A stretch of 39,689 bases of DNA from a virus. Positions 23,432-32,073 of this stretch are shown piece after piece; the stretch's first letter is position 1, and each line of letters begins with the position of its first letter. The position numbers and the translations under genes were made by a program. The DNA lies in IMG/VR virus record IMGVR_UViG_3300046490_000025. One strand, 5' to 3'. The notes below the pieces were generated by a model, which made no database searches, was not told the origin of the DNA, and was given only the letters and a program-made list of their open reading frames with translations.

Positions 23432-24211
23432 TTAGAGTACCGTGTCGATGATCTTGTACTCGACCTTGTACTTGATCGGCGAGTCTCCCGTGGCGATATT
23501 TCCGCTTGCCAAATCAATGACAACCGGCGCATTCGCAACAGGGACAATCGCCGCCGCCGTGGTCGGTGCGCAATAGATGATTGCGTCCGCCGCGCTGGTT
23601 AAAAACGGGTCGGTTTCGATGGTCATAATCAACGCCCCGGATTTTCCGGTATAGCGGATCTCAATATTCTCGCCAGCCGCCACGCCGTCATAGGCCACGG
23701 TTGCAAAGTCCAACATGAGTGTAATTCCGATTACGACAATCGCCTTGTTCGCACCCGGTGCGGCAACGATGACCTGCTCGGTTGTGTACAATGCCAAAAG
23801 CTGCCCGGTGGTTATAGTCCCGGCCGCAACAGACGAAGCCGAGTCGGTGACTTGACCGGAAGGCCCGAGCAAAACAGGGATTATGTCTCCCGTGCTTGCC
23901 GACTTCAAAGCCACGCCGATAACCCGGTTATCTTCGGAAGCGGTAACTGCCCGCCCGATAGTGTCTGAAGTAATCAACGCCCCGCGTGTGATGCTGCCCC
24001 CGGCTTCCACCTCGGCAATTCCGCCCATCACGATGTCAAGCGAAACGCCGGAAGCGGTAGCGGAAAGTTCGTTGTTGACCCCTATCAGCGCATCCGCCGC
24101 CGCCGCGCCTTGGATTACCGTGGTGTCGCTGGCAAGCTTTACAATGCGATTAGCCGCAACCGCCGCGCCGGAAGTGTAATTGACGGTAATGTCTGGAATA
24201 GACCAACTCAT
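23432..24211 (-). CDS. Head decoration-like protein (DUF2190-like N-terminal domain plus extra domain)
   Basis: GAAVAANRIVKL...VIQGAAAADALIGV...GIAEVEAGGSITRGALITSD...GRAV resembles DUF2190. Confidence 0.55.
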   Translation of the reverse strand: MSWSIPDITVNYTSGAAVAANRIVKLASDTTVIQGAAAADALIGVNNELSATASGVSLDIVMGGIAEVEAGGSITRGALITSDTIGRAVTASEDNRVIGVALKSASTGDIIPVLLGPSGQVTDSASSVAAGTITTGQLLALYTTEQVIVAAPGANKAIVVIGITLMLDFATVAYDGVAAGENIEIRYTGKSGALIMTIETDPFLTSAADAIIYCAPTTAAAIVPVANAPVVIDLASGNIATGDSPIKYKVEYKIIDTVL

Positions 24212-25281
24212 GACTGCTCCCCCTTCGATACGTGCTGAATAGCGGTAATGTCGTCCACGTAAATACCTACGGCCTTTTGCTCGGCCTGGTACTTTGCCGC
24301 CAGTTCAACCAATTTGTTCGGGTCGTCTTTGGCCTTTCGGTCTCCCGCGGGTGAACGCCCGCGCGTCTGCGTCCCCAGCAAAGCGGGAATCGGTTGCGCC
24401 ATGGCTACAAAATCCTGTAAAGCCTTTAAGTTGGTTGCGCCGAGTTCCCGCGCCCACTTTTCATGCGCCGACATCAGCCGACCGTCGGCGAGTGCCGGTG
24501 TAATGATTCCGTCGATGGTGCGCGCCTGTTCGCTGGCCCGCAGAGCCGATAGCTCCGTCTGCATGGCGGTCAATGCGTCAACAGGGGCGTACTTCGCCGG
24601 GTCTGGTTGAGCCGCCGAAAGTTCGACGATCTTGGCGGATAGTTCCGCCGCTTTCGCTTCGCTCTCCGCGAGTTTGGTTTTTAAATCGTCAATTTCGGGC
24701 ATGGTTTCGGCCTTTGTTGGTGGTGTGTGAGTGATTCGCGGGATGTCCGCGCTGAGAATGGTTGCGCTGGTTTTGTTGTCCGCGCCGATTGCCAGCACGG
24801 ACACTTCGCGTATTCGCGCATTTCTGAAAATAGTTAGCGGCCCTTGGAAAACCGTGCCGTTTAGCAGGATGTTCGCATCGGGAAGTATTTCTTCGATGGA
24901 TTGTGGGAATATTCCAACGCTTAGTTGCCATGGAAAACCCTTGTCGGCCTTGGCCGCAATCTCCGCCGCGTCGTCGTCGATGTCTGCGAACAGCCGGGCG
25001 GATATTGAGAGTTGATTACCAACAGTGGATGCGTCGGTGACAATCCCAATCGAGTCGTCCTGGTCGTGGCATGAAAGTAGCGGGATGGGCGTGTCGATGG
25101 TCATTGACGCAAGGTCGAGAACCAGATTATCCCACCAGCCATGGTCGGTTACTTTGCCGCCGCCGTAGGCTATGCCGGTAAGCGTCCGCTCGGTTTTTGA
25201 CAGGGTGTCCCCGCCGCTTGGCTGGATTGCGGCACGGGCAAGGAATTGGAATGCTGAGACGGGTATGGTTTCTTTATTCAT
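24208..25281 (-). CDS. Head maturation protease fused to a scaffold-like coiled coil (Mu gpI-like)
   Basis: The N-terminal domain is globular. The C-terminal part is an A/E/K-rich coil (DDLKTKLAESEAKAAELSAKIVELSAA). It sits between the gpG-like and capsid genes. Confidence 0.65.
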   Translation of the reverse strand: MNKETIPVSAFQFLARAAIQPSGGDTLSKTERTLTGIAYGGGKVTDHGWWDNLVLDLASMTIDTPIPLLSCHDQDDSIGIVTDASTVGNQLSISARLFADIDDDAAEIAAKADKGFPWQLSVGIFPQSIEEILPDANILLNGTVFQGPLTIFRNARIREVSVLAIGADNKTSATILSADIPRITHTPPTKAETMPEIDDLKTKLAESEAKAAELSAKIVELSAAQPDPAKYAPVDALTAMQTELSALRASEQARTIDGIITPALADGRLMSAHEKWARELGATNLKALQDFVAMAQPIPALLGTQTRGRSPAGDRKAKDDPNKLVELAAKYQAEQKAVGIYVDDITAIQHVSKGEQS

Positions 25282-25305
25282 GCGCCATTATTGCGCATGA
25301 ATAAA
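25273..25305 (-). promoter_or_regulatory. 13-bp perfect hairpin/palindrome covering the protease start codon
   Basis: tttattcatgcgc (25273..25285) and gcgcatgaataaa (25293..25305) are complements with a 7-nt loop. The ATG at 25281 lies in one arm. Confidence 0.6.
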
Positions 25306-25336
25306 CCATATTTTGTTGGATTTATCCTGATATGGA

Positions 25337-25368
25337 CAAAAAAGGCCGGTAGGGAAACCTACCGGCCT
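25337..25368 (-). terminator. Rho-independent terminator inside the head gene cluster
   Basis: An 11-bp stem aggccggtagg / cctaccggcct with a GAAA loop. On the minus strand it is followed by UUUUUU. Confidence 0.7.
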
Positions 25369-25395
25369 TGTCTTTGCCGATTATGGTTAAGTTGG

Positions 25396-25707
25396 CTATA
25401 CCGGTGTGTCAGGGACTAGCTCGTCAATGCTGGCAACGCCCGCTTTGATTTCCGCCACTAGGTCGGTGACTTCCGGCGGAACTTCGGTGTTTGCAATCAA
25501 TTCTTCTAACGCAACGACCTTTGCCAATGTCGCCGAACTTTCGGCTTTGATTTTGCTAACAACGCCCTTAATCTCTGTTAGGTCCGCAATCAACTTGTCT
25601 TGTGATTCGCTCATTTTTTCCACTCTGTAAAGTATCTGCATCAAAATCCCGGTGATGAATTCATTATCATCGTCCGGGGGTTGGTTTTCATAGATGTTAA
25701 TCACCAT
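25396..25707 (-). CDS. Hypothetical coiled-coil protein (103 aa)
   Basis: ORF track. Confidence 0.5.
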   Translation of the reverse strand: MVINIYENQPPDDDNEFITGILMQILYRVEKMSESQDKLIADLTEIKGVVSKIKAESSATLAKVVALEELIANTEVPPEVTDLVAEIKAGVASIDELVPDTPV

Positions 25708-25720
25708 GAATCTTTTTACC

Positions 25721-26305
25721 TCATTTGTCGGTTAGATGTTTGCGCATGGTTTCCAAAACCTGGTCCATCCAATCGGTTGGAAGGTCGGCAACTTCGTTGC
25801 GGATGGGCATGAATGGCCTTGCGGGAATGGTTACCGAGTGCGCCGGAATGGTCACGTCCTGCTGGAAGTTTGCCTTTTTCAATTTTGAAAACCTGGATTT
25901 TCCGGTCTTTGCATTGACCTTGAAATTGATTGTGCGCCTGTGTTCCGGTATGTCTATGACCGCTCCAAATTGATGAACCTGCCCGATCTTAGCCGTTGCG
26001 CTGTCCAACATGCCCACGCTCAAAGAAGTAGTGTCGGCCCTGTAGGTAATGCGCTGGTAAATGTGCATCCGGGTATCGTTGAGCGGAATGCCCTCTCCGA
26101 ATTTGGTGGCATGTTTGCGCTTGTACCTGAGCGGTTTCATCGCCTCGCCCCAAGGTGTCATGCCGATTCCCAGTTTGTCATGAATCAGTGAAACGAGGTT
26201 TGCCCCGATGTCCACCATCGCGGGTCTGAGGTTTGTCACCCTGGATTTCATCGTTTCCAGCAAAGCCAAAAACTCAGCGTCGTTGACGGTTACGGTCGCG
26301 GTCAT
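25721..26305 (-). CDS. Mu gpG-like virion morphogenesis protein (194 aa)
   Basis: It lies after MuF. The ATG at 26305 overlaps the upstream stop (ATGA). Family recognition is moderate. Confidence 0.6.
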   Translation of the reverse strand: MTATVTVNDAEFLALLETMKSRVTNLRPAMVDIGANLVSLIHDKLGIGMTPWGEAMKPLRYKRKHATKFGEGIPLNDTRMHIYQRITYRADTTSLSVGMLDSATAKIGQVHQFGAVIDIPEHRRTINFKVNAKTGKSRFSKLKKANFQQDVTIPAHSVTIPARPFMPIRNEVADLPTDWMDQVLETMRKHLTDK

Positions 26306-26532
26306 CCCTTCGGCACCTTGCAAGCAACGGCCCGCGCCAGCAATGCCGGGTCGTTTTCCATATTTACCCAATTTGCCGAGGTGATTGCATCCTCAATCCT
26401 TAGCCGTGGTGTCGCAGTCATTTTGTCCAAGTTGCAGACACGGCAAAACCCTTCCTCGTCGCTCAAGACGAGTAGGACTTTTTCCGAGTCTTCGCGGTGT
26501 CCGATAATCCTAGGCATTGCTTTATCCCTCAA
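26302..26532 (-). CDS. Hypothetical protein (76 aa)
   Basis: ORF track. Confidence 0.45.
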   Translation of the reverse strand: MRDKAMPRIIGHREDSEKVLLVLSDEEGFCRVCNLDKMTATPRLRIEDAITSANWVNMENDPALLARAVACKVPKG

Positions 26533-27956
26533 AATTCGATGATGTCGTCAAGCTCGGTTTCAATCCGGTTTCCCAAACGCCAGTCAATCCCGGCTTTTTT
26601 GAGCTGTTTTTGCAGCACTTTCGGCGGTTTCACACTGAATAGTATAGTGTCAATGTCGGATGTCTTTACCCCGTCGAAAACATGCGCTTGCCAGAAATTA
26701 ACCTGGTTTGAAGTGTCGGCTATGGAGTCCGGTCGCTGGCTTTTGCCATAGGCGTACAGGTGGATTGTCCCCTCGTCCATGTCGTCCAACGGCCTTGGGA
26801 TTACGACCGGGCTTGAGTCTGAAATTACCGCCGTGGTGTCGGAGTACATCGCTGAGGTGCGCACCTTGACCGACGATTTCAGCTTGATGGCAATGTCGCC
26901 TGACTTGTCCAGCGAGTAATTGCCCATTGCCAGATCGTCCGACTCGCTCAAGTACCCGATTATCGGCGGGTTGCTCTTGGCGTTAAGGGCATAATCCACG
27001 AACTTTTCTTGATAAAGATCGGCCCACCCCTGCCACTCCTTGGTGGCAATCTCCCCCGTGTGAGAATCAGCCGCCCCGGATTTAAGCATCCTGTCCAGCG
27101 ATTCCCGGTTTGCCCGAAGATAGACTTCGCTCCTGTCGGCCACGCCCTGAGCGTTTGCCCGCATGGTATCGCGCATGACCGAGACATCGGCATTGAGGTA
27201 ATCGGCCCATCTGACGAGTCGCCGGTTAAACTCCTTCTTCGCCAGCGCGTCATAGTCAACTCTGGCTTCAGGCGTTCTAGGGACTATGTGGTCGGGTGTC
27301 ACCTCTATTTTTTGCATCTCCATATAAGGGTTGTAGCTCCATCCCTTATCGGGTGTTGCCGGGTAGAACATGCCATCGGCCCCCTTTACCATCGGTATCT
27401 TGTTCAATCCCGCGCCTTGCCCGCTTCGGGACTTGGCTTGGTCTGAGGTCAAGGTTATTAGGCTGCATCGGCATCTGTACCCATTGGGAGGTGAACTTGT
27501 CGCCCAAAACTGGTCATCTATCGCCCTTATAGTCCCATCCATGGCAAGGTGGGAAGGTCGTACCCTGTTATCGTTGATCGCGTCGTACATCAAATATGGG
27601 CGGTTAGCTTTGTTCTCCATAAACTGCTCCCATTTCCCCCTCATATAATTCCCTTGAAGATTAGTCCGAAAAATATTCTCCTTCCGGTAATCAGGCAGGT
27701 CAAGGCTCCACGCTGCCGGGGTTGCCAGCCACTCATCATAACTCAAGCCGTTTTTCATGGCATAATCAAGCGAGTCCTTAACCCCCTGCAACTGGCTTAT
27801 GGCCGCCTTTGTCGCAATGGAAAACGACAATTGACGTGCCAGCCCCTTTAATTCGTGGTAATACACATCTGGCAAAACCACGTTTCTGGCAACCGCCGCC
27901 GCTATGGCCTCGTCAAAAGGCACGTCGAATCCGATGGTAAGTGGTTCACTTGCCAT
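26529..27956 (-). CDS. MuF / SPP1 gp7-family head morphogenesis protein with a roughly 300-aa C-terminal extension
   Basis: YDAINDNRVRPSHLAMDGTIRAIDDQFW...PPNGYRCRCSL is the Phage_Mu_F core. I place the start at the ATG at 27956. Confidence 0.85.
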   Translation of the reverse strand: MASEPLTIGFDVPFDEAIAAAVARNVVLPDVYYHELKGLARQLSFSIATKAAISQLQGVKDSLDYAMKNGLSYDEWLATPAAWSLDLPDYRKENIFRTNLQGNYMRGKWEQFMENKANRPYLMYDAINDNRVRPSHLAMDGTIRAIDDQFWATSSPPNGYRCRCSLITLTSDQAKSRSGQGAGLNKIPMVKGADGMFYPATPDKGWSYNPYMEMQKIEVTPDHIVPRTPEARVDYDALAKKEFNRRLVRWADYLNADVSVMRDTMRANAQGVADRSEVYLRANRESLDRMLKSGAADSHTGEIATKEWQGWADLYQEKFVDYALNAKSNPPIIGYLSESDDLAMGNYSLDKSGDIAIKLKSSVKVRTSAMYSDTTAVISDSSPVVIPRPLDDMDEGTIHLYAYGKSQRPDSIADTSNQVNFWQAHVFDGVKTSDIDTILFSVKPPKVLQKQLKKAGIDWRLGNRIETELDDIIEF

Positions 27957-28134
27957 CGTCTTTGTCGGCCTTGTCCAACGCCTCATGCTCCCGGATGTAG
28001 GCAATCGCGCACTCGATAGTTATTCCTACGTCCCCCGGTTTTGGCGAATCTTCAAAGTCCCTGGCCCCTCGCCGGTATTCGTTCAATCGGGTAAGGTTTA
28101 CGATGATCTTTTCAGGTGTCATCGGAGTGTTCAT
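27946..28134 (-). CDS. Hypothetical protein (62 aa)
   Basis: ORF track. Confidence 0.5.
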   Translation of the reverse strand: MNTPMTPEKIIVNLTRLNEYRRGARDFEDSPKPGDVGITIECAIAYIREHEALDKADKDDGK

Positions 28135-29666
28135 TGCCAGCCCGCGTGGGAATAGCCCATGATGTCAGCGGCAAACAATGCTTTCTCAAGTGCCGATTGA
28201 AAGGCAGTGGTGTCCGCTTTTTCCAACACAACGGCAAGCCGCGCCTCCAAATCTTCCGGGCTTTTAGCCGCCAACACAGCCGACTTGATCGCCGCCGATT
28301 CTATCGGGCTTTTCATGTGCAAAAGCATCTCGTCGGCCAGTTTCTCGATTGCCATTTGTTCCGGCGTGAACTTGGTTTTATCGCCAGCGGAAAGGCAGAC
28401 ATGGCCAGCGCTTAACCCTGTTGGCTGTCCTGGTTGAGTCGTTGCCGGTGCGCTTGGATCCGATTGCGCCGCTTTCAAAACCGCCTCGCCCGCCTCGGCT
28501 TGCGGTATCTTCAGCTTGTCATGCACCCATTTTTCCGGTATCTGCATTCCAGCGGAAACCAGCAACGGGAGTGCCGTTGAAAACCGGGTGATGTCCTCGC
28601 CCACGTCCGTGTCAAAGACAAAGCGCGGTAGCCGCATTGCCAGCCCGTTGACTTGGATGATGGCCCCGAAAAGCTGGCTTGTCAGTGTCGCGGCGATCTG
28701 CTTCGCATCGTGGTCGCGGATAAGCATACGGCTATCGTCATGCACCTTGCCGAGCGCATTGGTAGAAGTCGCCCCGTCCGCCTGGCTTGTCAAAGTGCCG
28801 CCGAGTATCGCTTTCGACATAGACTTTTCGGCCCATGTCACTAAAGCCTCGAACCCCTGCCCTTCGCCAGCGGTCAGCGGTATCGTCCGTAAATCCTCCC
28901 CGCTTGCCCCATCAAATAAAGCCGCCCCGCTTGCGCCCAAGTCTTTCAATGCTTGCAACAATTCCCGCCGCATCGATTCGTCTTTCTCGGTGTGGAACAA
29001 TGCCCTCATCGGTACGCCGTAAAGTTCGCAGAACCTGAGCCAGTTCCGCACGGCAAAATTCTTAAAAAGATAGGGCAAGGCCAAAATACGGTAAATTCCG
29101 TTGGTAGCCGGGTAGCCAGTTTTGCTGGAATGCTCGTGCACTATCCATCCAAACTGCTGCAACTCCTGCCCGTTTACATCGTCTGGAACCCGCAAGCGAA
29201 TATTAAGCCTGGTCTCCCTGTCCACGGTGAACCAACGATGCGGCCTTGGGTAGAGTTTTCGAGGTAGCCACAAGGTTCCGTCTTTGGCCCATTCGATTTC
29301 CTGGCAACCGAAACCATGCCCGATACTGTCTCCCATGTCGAAGATGACGGTACTCATGTCCACCATGTCGGCAACCAACTTGCCCAAATCGCCCGCCGCC
29401 TTGCGCTCCCGTGCGCCCGCGTCGCCGGACGGAACCAACGCCCAGTCAAGTTTGGATACCGCCATCCGCCGCTTTTGCATCTCGGCGAAAATATGCGAGT
29501 CGCGTTCCTCCATGTCAGTGAACAGTTCGGCTTGTGCGGTCAACTGCCCGAACTCGGCTTGACGCAGCAAGTCCAGAACCTCCTTTACCCCGCTCATGGG
29601 GTGGTGGACTTGAAACTCCCTCTCAAGCATGTTGGTCGTTTCGGTTTGGAGCGATATGGGTTTCAA
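28131..29666 (-). CDS. Portal protein (DUF935 / Mu gp29-like)
   Basis: Supported by size, by position after TerL, and by the motif FTDMEERDSHIFAEMQKRRMAV. The track start is TTG at 29666; an ATG at 29630 is an alternative. Confidence 0.8.
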   Translation of the reverse strand: MKPISLQTETTNMLEREFQVHHPMSGVKEVLDLLRQAEFGQLTAQAELFTDMEERDSHIFAEMQKRRMAVSKLDWALVPSGDAGARERKAAGDLGKLVADMVDMSTVIFDMGDSIGHGFGCQEIEWAKDGTLWLPRKLYPRPHRWFTVDRETRLNIRLRVPDDVNGQELQQFGWIVHEHSSKTGYPATNGIYRILALPYLFKNFAVRNWLRFCELYGVPMRALFHTEKDESMRRELLQALKDLGASGAALFDGASGEDLRTIPLTAGEGQGFEALVTWAEKSMSKAILGGTLTSQADGATSTNALGKVHDDSRMLIRDHDAKQIAATLTSQLFGAIIQVNGLAMRLPRFVFDTDVGEDITRFSTALPLLVSAGMQIPEKWVHDKLKIPQAEAGEAVLKAAQSDPSAPATTQPGQPTGLSAGHVCLSAGDKTKFTPEQMAIEKLADEMLLHMKSPIESAAIKSAVLAAKSPEDLEARLAVVLEKADTTAFQSALEKALFAADIMGYSHAGWQ

Positions 29667-29817
29667 AGCAGTCTGCCTTTTTTAAGGTCAAGGTAAATAG
29701 TTCGTGCGGTGCGCTTCCCGTGCCTCAACACAAGCCCGTTTTGCTCGGCGGATAGCACGGTGTGAAGGGCTAATTGTTCGGCTTTGCGTCGTAGTTTCTT
29801 TGCGGTTTTAAGGTTCA
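29665..29817 (-). CDS. Possible small basic protein (50 aa) between TerL and the portal
   Basis: My translation is MNLKTAKKLRRKAEQLALHTVLSAEQNGLVLRHGKRTARTIYLDLKKGRLL. It fills the TerL-portal gap exactly. Confidence 0.35.
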
Positions 29818-29820
29818 TAT

Positions 29821-32073
29821 TCACCACGCAATTTGTTGAGACGGCAAAGGGGTTATCGACTGCCTAGCAGTGCCGCCGCGCTTCATGATGGGAGACAATG
29901 CGTACCGGCAATTATGCACAAGAATCCCACCAGCCACGAACTCATGAACCCCTTCAATAGCCAAGTCATAAACCGGAGACTTTTCTGTTATTGCGCAAAC
30001 TGACTCCACACGAACGGGAACAAGTTTTGGCCCTTGAGTATTTGTTGATGATAAAGTTGACCCCGCAAATAGGGCATGGTCTGTTTTCATCATCGACACC
30101 TGATGCTCTTCTCCAAGCAGATTTACAGGAATTGCTGCAAAATCTATCTGTATGCCCTGATTGCCTTGTAAGGAATACATCTCCGCATTGATCGCATTTC
30201 CGTGCGATTGGGATAAATGATTGTCTACCAAGCGGCCCAATTTTCCGATGAAACTCCAAACCTTCCGGGCTTGAATGCCATTCCTTTGTAAGCGGTCTAA
30301 TCCTTTCGCAGTGTTCCCTCTGTTTTTGTGCGCGTTCATCATTCCAATGTTTGTGAATATGTTGCTTTGCTGTGATGCACTCAAGGTTGATTGGGTCGTT
30401 GTTTGAAGCGTCTCCGTCCTTGTGGTGGACATGATGGCCCTTTGGAATTTCTCCAAAATTGTCCTTGTAAATCTCACGGTGAAGGAATAAAGGATTCCCT
30501 TTTGTTTTTGATCTCCTAAAATAAATCCTTGTAGAACGTTCATGATGTTCTGGATAGCGTCTGTAAATAAATCCTTTGTATTCAACTGTTTCAACTTGCA
30601 TAGTTCATCCCCGGTATAAGTTAGAATCCAATCATTATACCGTATAGCATCCATTCTTACAAAGCCTTTCCCGACAACAAAAACTTCATGATCGCCCGTG
30701 GCTTTCAATGATTTGTCTCCTGCCTTTATCTCCCATAAACCCCTGCTTGGTGATGTCTGGCATGATTTTAAAACCTTGTTCCATCCATCTCGGGTTAAAA
30801 CCATGTCGCCTACAATCACTGACTCTATCGGAATATTCCCGCGTTTTGTTGTAACCAATGACCCCTCGGCAATGCAAGCGTCTATAGTGTGGTTATTCCG
30901 GTCGTCAATTTTGTTGGTCACTTCCCCGCTCTGCCTGTCCACTTTGTAAGAGTAAAGCCTTGCCTCTTCCGCCATGTGTACGCACCTCGGGTGAATCACG
31001 ATATTTTCAAAGCTCCGCAAAAACGCTATTCCCTCTTCCACCGAACCATGCCCCTTTTCCGCCGCCCGTATTTTAAAGCCCTGCCGCTTGATGTAGCTTA
31101 TCGTCTCCGGCCTTGCCGAGTCTGCCAGTATTAGGTGTTCCCGAACGCCCGGAACCTTATCGAACAAAGCCGGTGTGTGGTCAAGTTCCACGCCCACGCC
31201 CCAAGCCTCATGCTCCACATAAAGCCTCCGCTCGAATATCCAGCACTTTACCAGCGCGGTAGGGTCTTGCGAGAACCCCCAATCGGCACCGAAGTAAGGC
31301 CCGTCCCAAAGGTCGCCCGGTTCAAACCATTCTATGCTGGTTTTCCCGTGCAATATTTGCGCGTCCGAATGTGTCCTGCACTCCCCAAGCCACACATGCG
31401 CGTATGCGTCCGGGTCTGTCTTGCGCATCCATTCCATTTCCTCACGGAGCGAAGTCTCTCCAAACCACGGATTTTCCCGGTAGTTCACCCGCCTGATAAT
31501 CGCATTCGGTGGAGGGTTTGAAACTAGTTTGTACAGCGGGTCGTCTGCCAAGTTCGGGTTCATCGTTGCCCAAATCTCCGCGCCAGCTTTGCGCATGGTC
31601 GGTGTCAAAGTCTGCCAGCTTTTAAACCCCACCATCTGCCCTTCCTCAATCCAGCAAACATCCACGCCCTCAAGGCTTTTCAAGCCAGCCGCGTCGCCGC
31701 TCAATCCCCGCAATCCTTTGAACAGAAACTCGCTCCCAACTTTAGACCTTATTTTCTGCTCCTGCACGATAAAGGCATGACTCAAACCCATGTCCTTTAC
31801 TTGGTCTGATAGCAGTTGGTGAACGCTGTCTTGAATGCTGTTTTGAAGTTCCCTTGCGCACAGTATCCGCAATGGCCTTGCCGCCGCTTTCAAAAGCAGC
31901 ATCCTGGCGAATGTCCAAGACTTCGACGAACCACGGCCTCCCCATGCGATCTTGTACCGCGCCGGTTGCAGGAAGTCCCGCGCCCATTCCGGCAGTTGGG
32001 CTTTATTGGGCAAGCCCTGCCCCGGCTCTTTGAACGGCAATGCCCTTGCCTGGTATCTTGATAAACAACTCAC
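29821..32073 (-). CDS. terL: Terminase large subunit precursor containing an intein
   Basis: Walker A is GGRGSSKS and Walker B is VDVCWIEE. Nuclease motifs are GADWGFSQD, ILADSARP and DDRNNHTIDA-[intein]-CRYAL. The start is GTG. Confidence 0.9.
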   Translation of the reverse strand: MSCLSRYQARALPFKEPGQGLPNKAQLPEWARDFLQPARYKIAWGGRGSSKSWTFARMLLLKAAARPLRILCARELQNSIQDSVHQLLSDQVKDMGLSHAFIVQEQKIRSKVGSEFLFKGLRGLSGDAAGLKSLEGVDVCWIEEGQMVGFKSWQTLTPTMRKAGAEIWATMNPNLADDPLYKLVSNPPPNAIIRRVNYRENPWFGETSLREEMEWMRKTDPDAYAHVWLGECRTHSDAQILHGKTSIEWFEPGDLWDGPYFGADWGFSQDPTALVKCWIFERRLYVEHEAWGVGVELDHTPALFDKVPGVREHLILADSARPETISYIKRQGFKIRAAEKGHGSVEEGIAFLRSFENIVIHPRCVHMAEEARLYSYKVDRQSGEVTNKIDDRNNHTIDACIAEGSLVTTKRGNIPIESVIVGDMVLTRDGWNKVLKSCQTSPSRGLWEIKAGDKSLKATGDHEVFVVGKGFVRMDAIRYNDWILTYTGDELCKLKQLNTKDLFTDAIQNIMNVLQGFILGDQKQKGILYSFTVRFTRTILEKFQRAIMSTTRTETLQTTTQSTLSASQQSNIFTNIGMMNAHKNRGNTAKGLDRLQRNGIQARKVWSFIGKLGRLVDNHLSQSHGNAINAEMYSLQGNQGIQIDFAAIPVNLLGEEHQVSMMKTDHALFAGSTLSSTNTQGPKLVPVRVESVCAITEKSPVYDLAIEGVHEFVAGGILVHNCRYALSPIMKRGGTARQSITPLPSQQIAW
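29911..30876 (-). mobile_element. Intein (322 codons) inserted in the TerL nuclease DA-xRY motif
   Basis: The first residue is Cys (CIAEGSLV). Block B is KATGDHEVF. Blocks F/G are VYDLAIEGVHEFVAGGILVHN, followed by Cys+1. Codons were checked at 30874..30876 (TGC), 29911..29913 (AAT) and 29908..29910 (TGC). Confidence 0.85.
29966..30601 (-). CDS. HNH homing endonuclease (211 aa) encoded in an alternative frame inside the intein
   Basis: LHREIYKDNFGEIPKGHHVHHKDGDASNNDPINLECITAKQHIHKH is an HNH_3-type core. There are two CxxCG...FCSxxC / CSRSC zinc-ribbon modules. The ATG is preceded by GGGGA and by an in-frame TGA one codon upstream. The frame is offset 2 nt from TerL. Confidence 0.85.
   Translation of the reverse strand: MQVETVEYKGFIYRRYPEHHERSTRIYFRRSKTKGNPLFLHREIYKDNFGEIPKGHHVHHKDGDASNNDPINLECITAKQHIHKHWNDERAQKQREHCERIRPLTKEWHSSPEGLEFHRKIGPLGRQSFIPIARKCDQCGDVFLTRQSGHTDRFCSNSCKSAWRRASGVDDENRPCPICGVNFIINKYSRAKTCSRSCGVSLRNNRKVSGL

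Noticed and set aside
30511-30534. LAGLIDADG-like string (LQGFILGD) in the TerL-frame translation of the intein linker
   Set aside because: Only this one short match exists. I find no convincing second LAGLIDADG motif, and the rest of the frame is Q/T/S/N-rich. The overlapping frame has a full HNH core plus zinc ribbons, a start codon and an SD. I treat it as chance or a relic. A LAGLIDADG profile search would be decisive.
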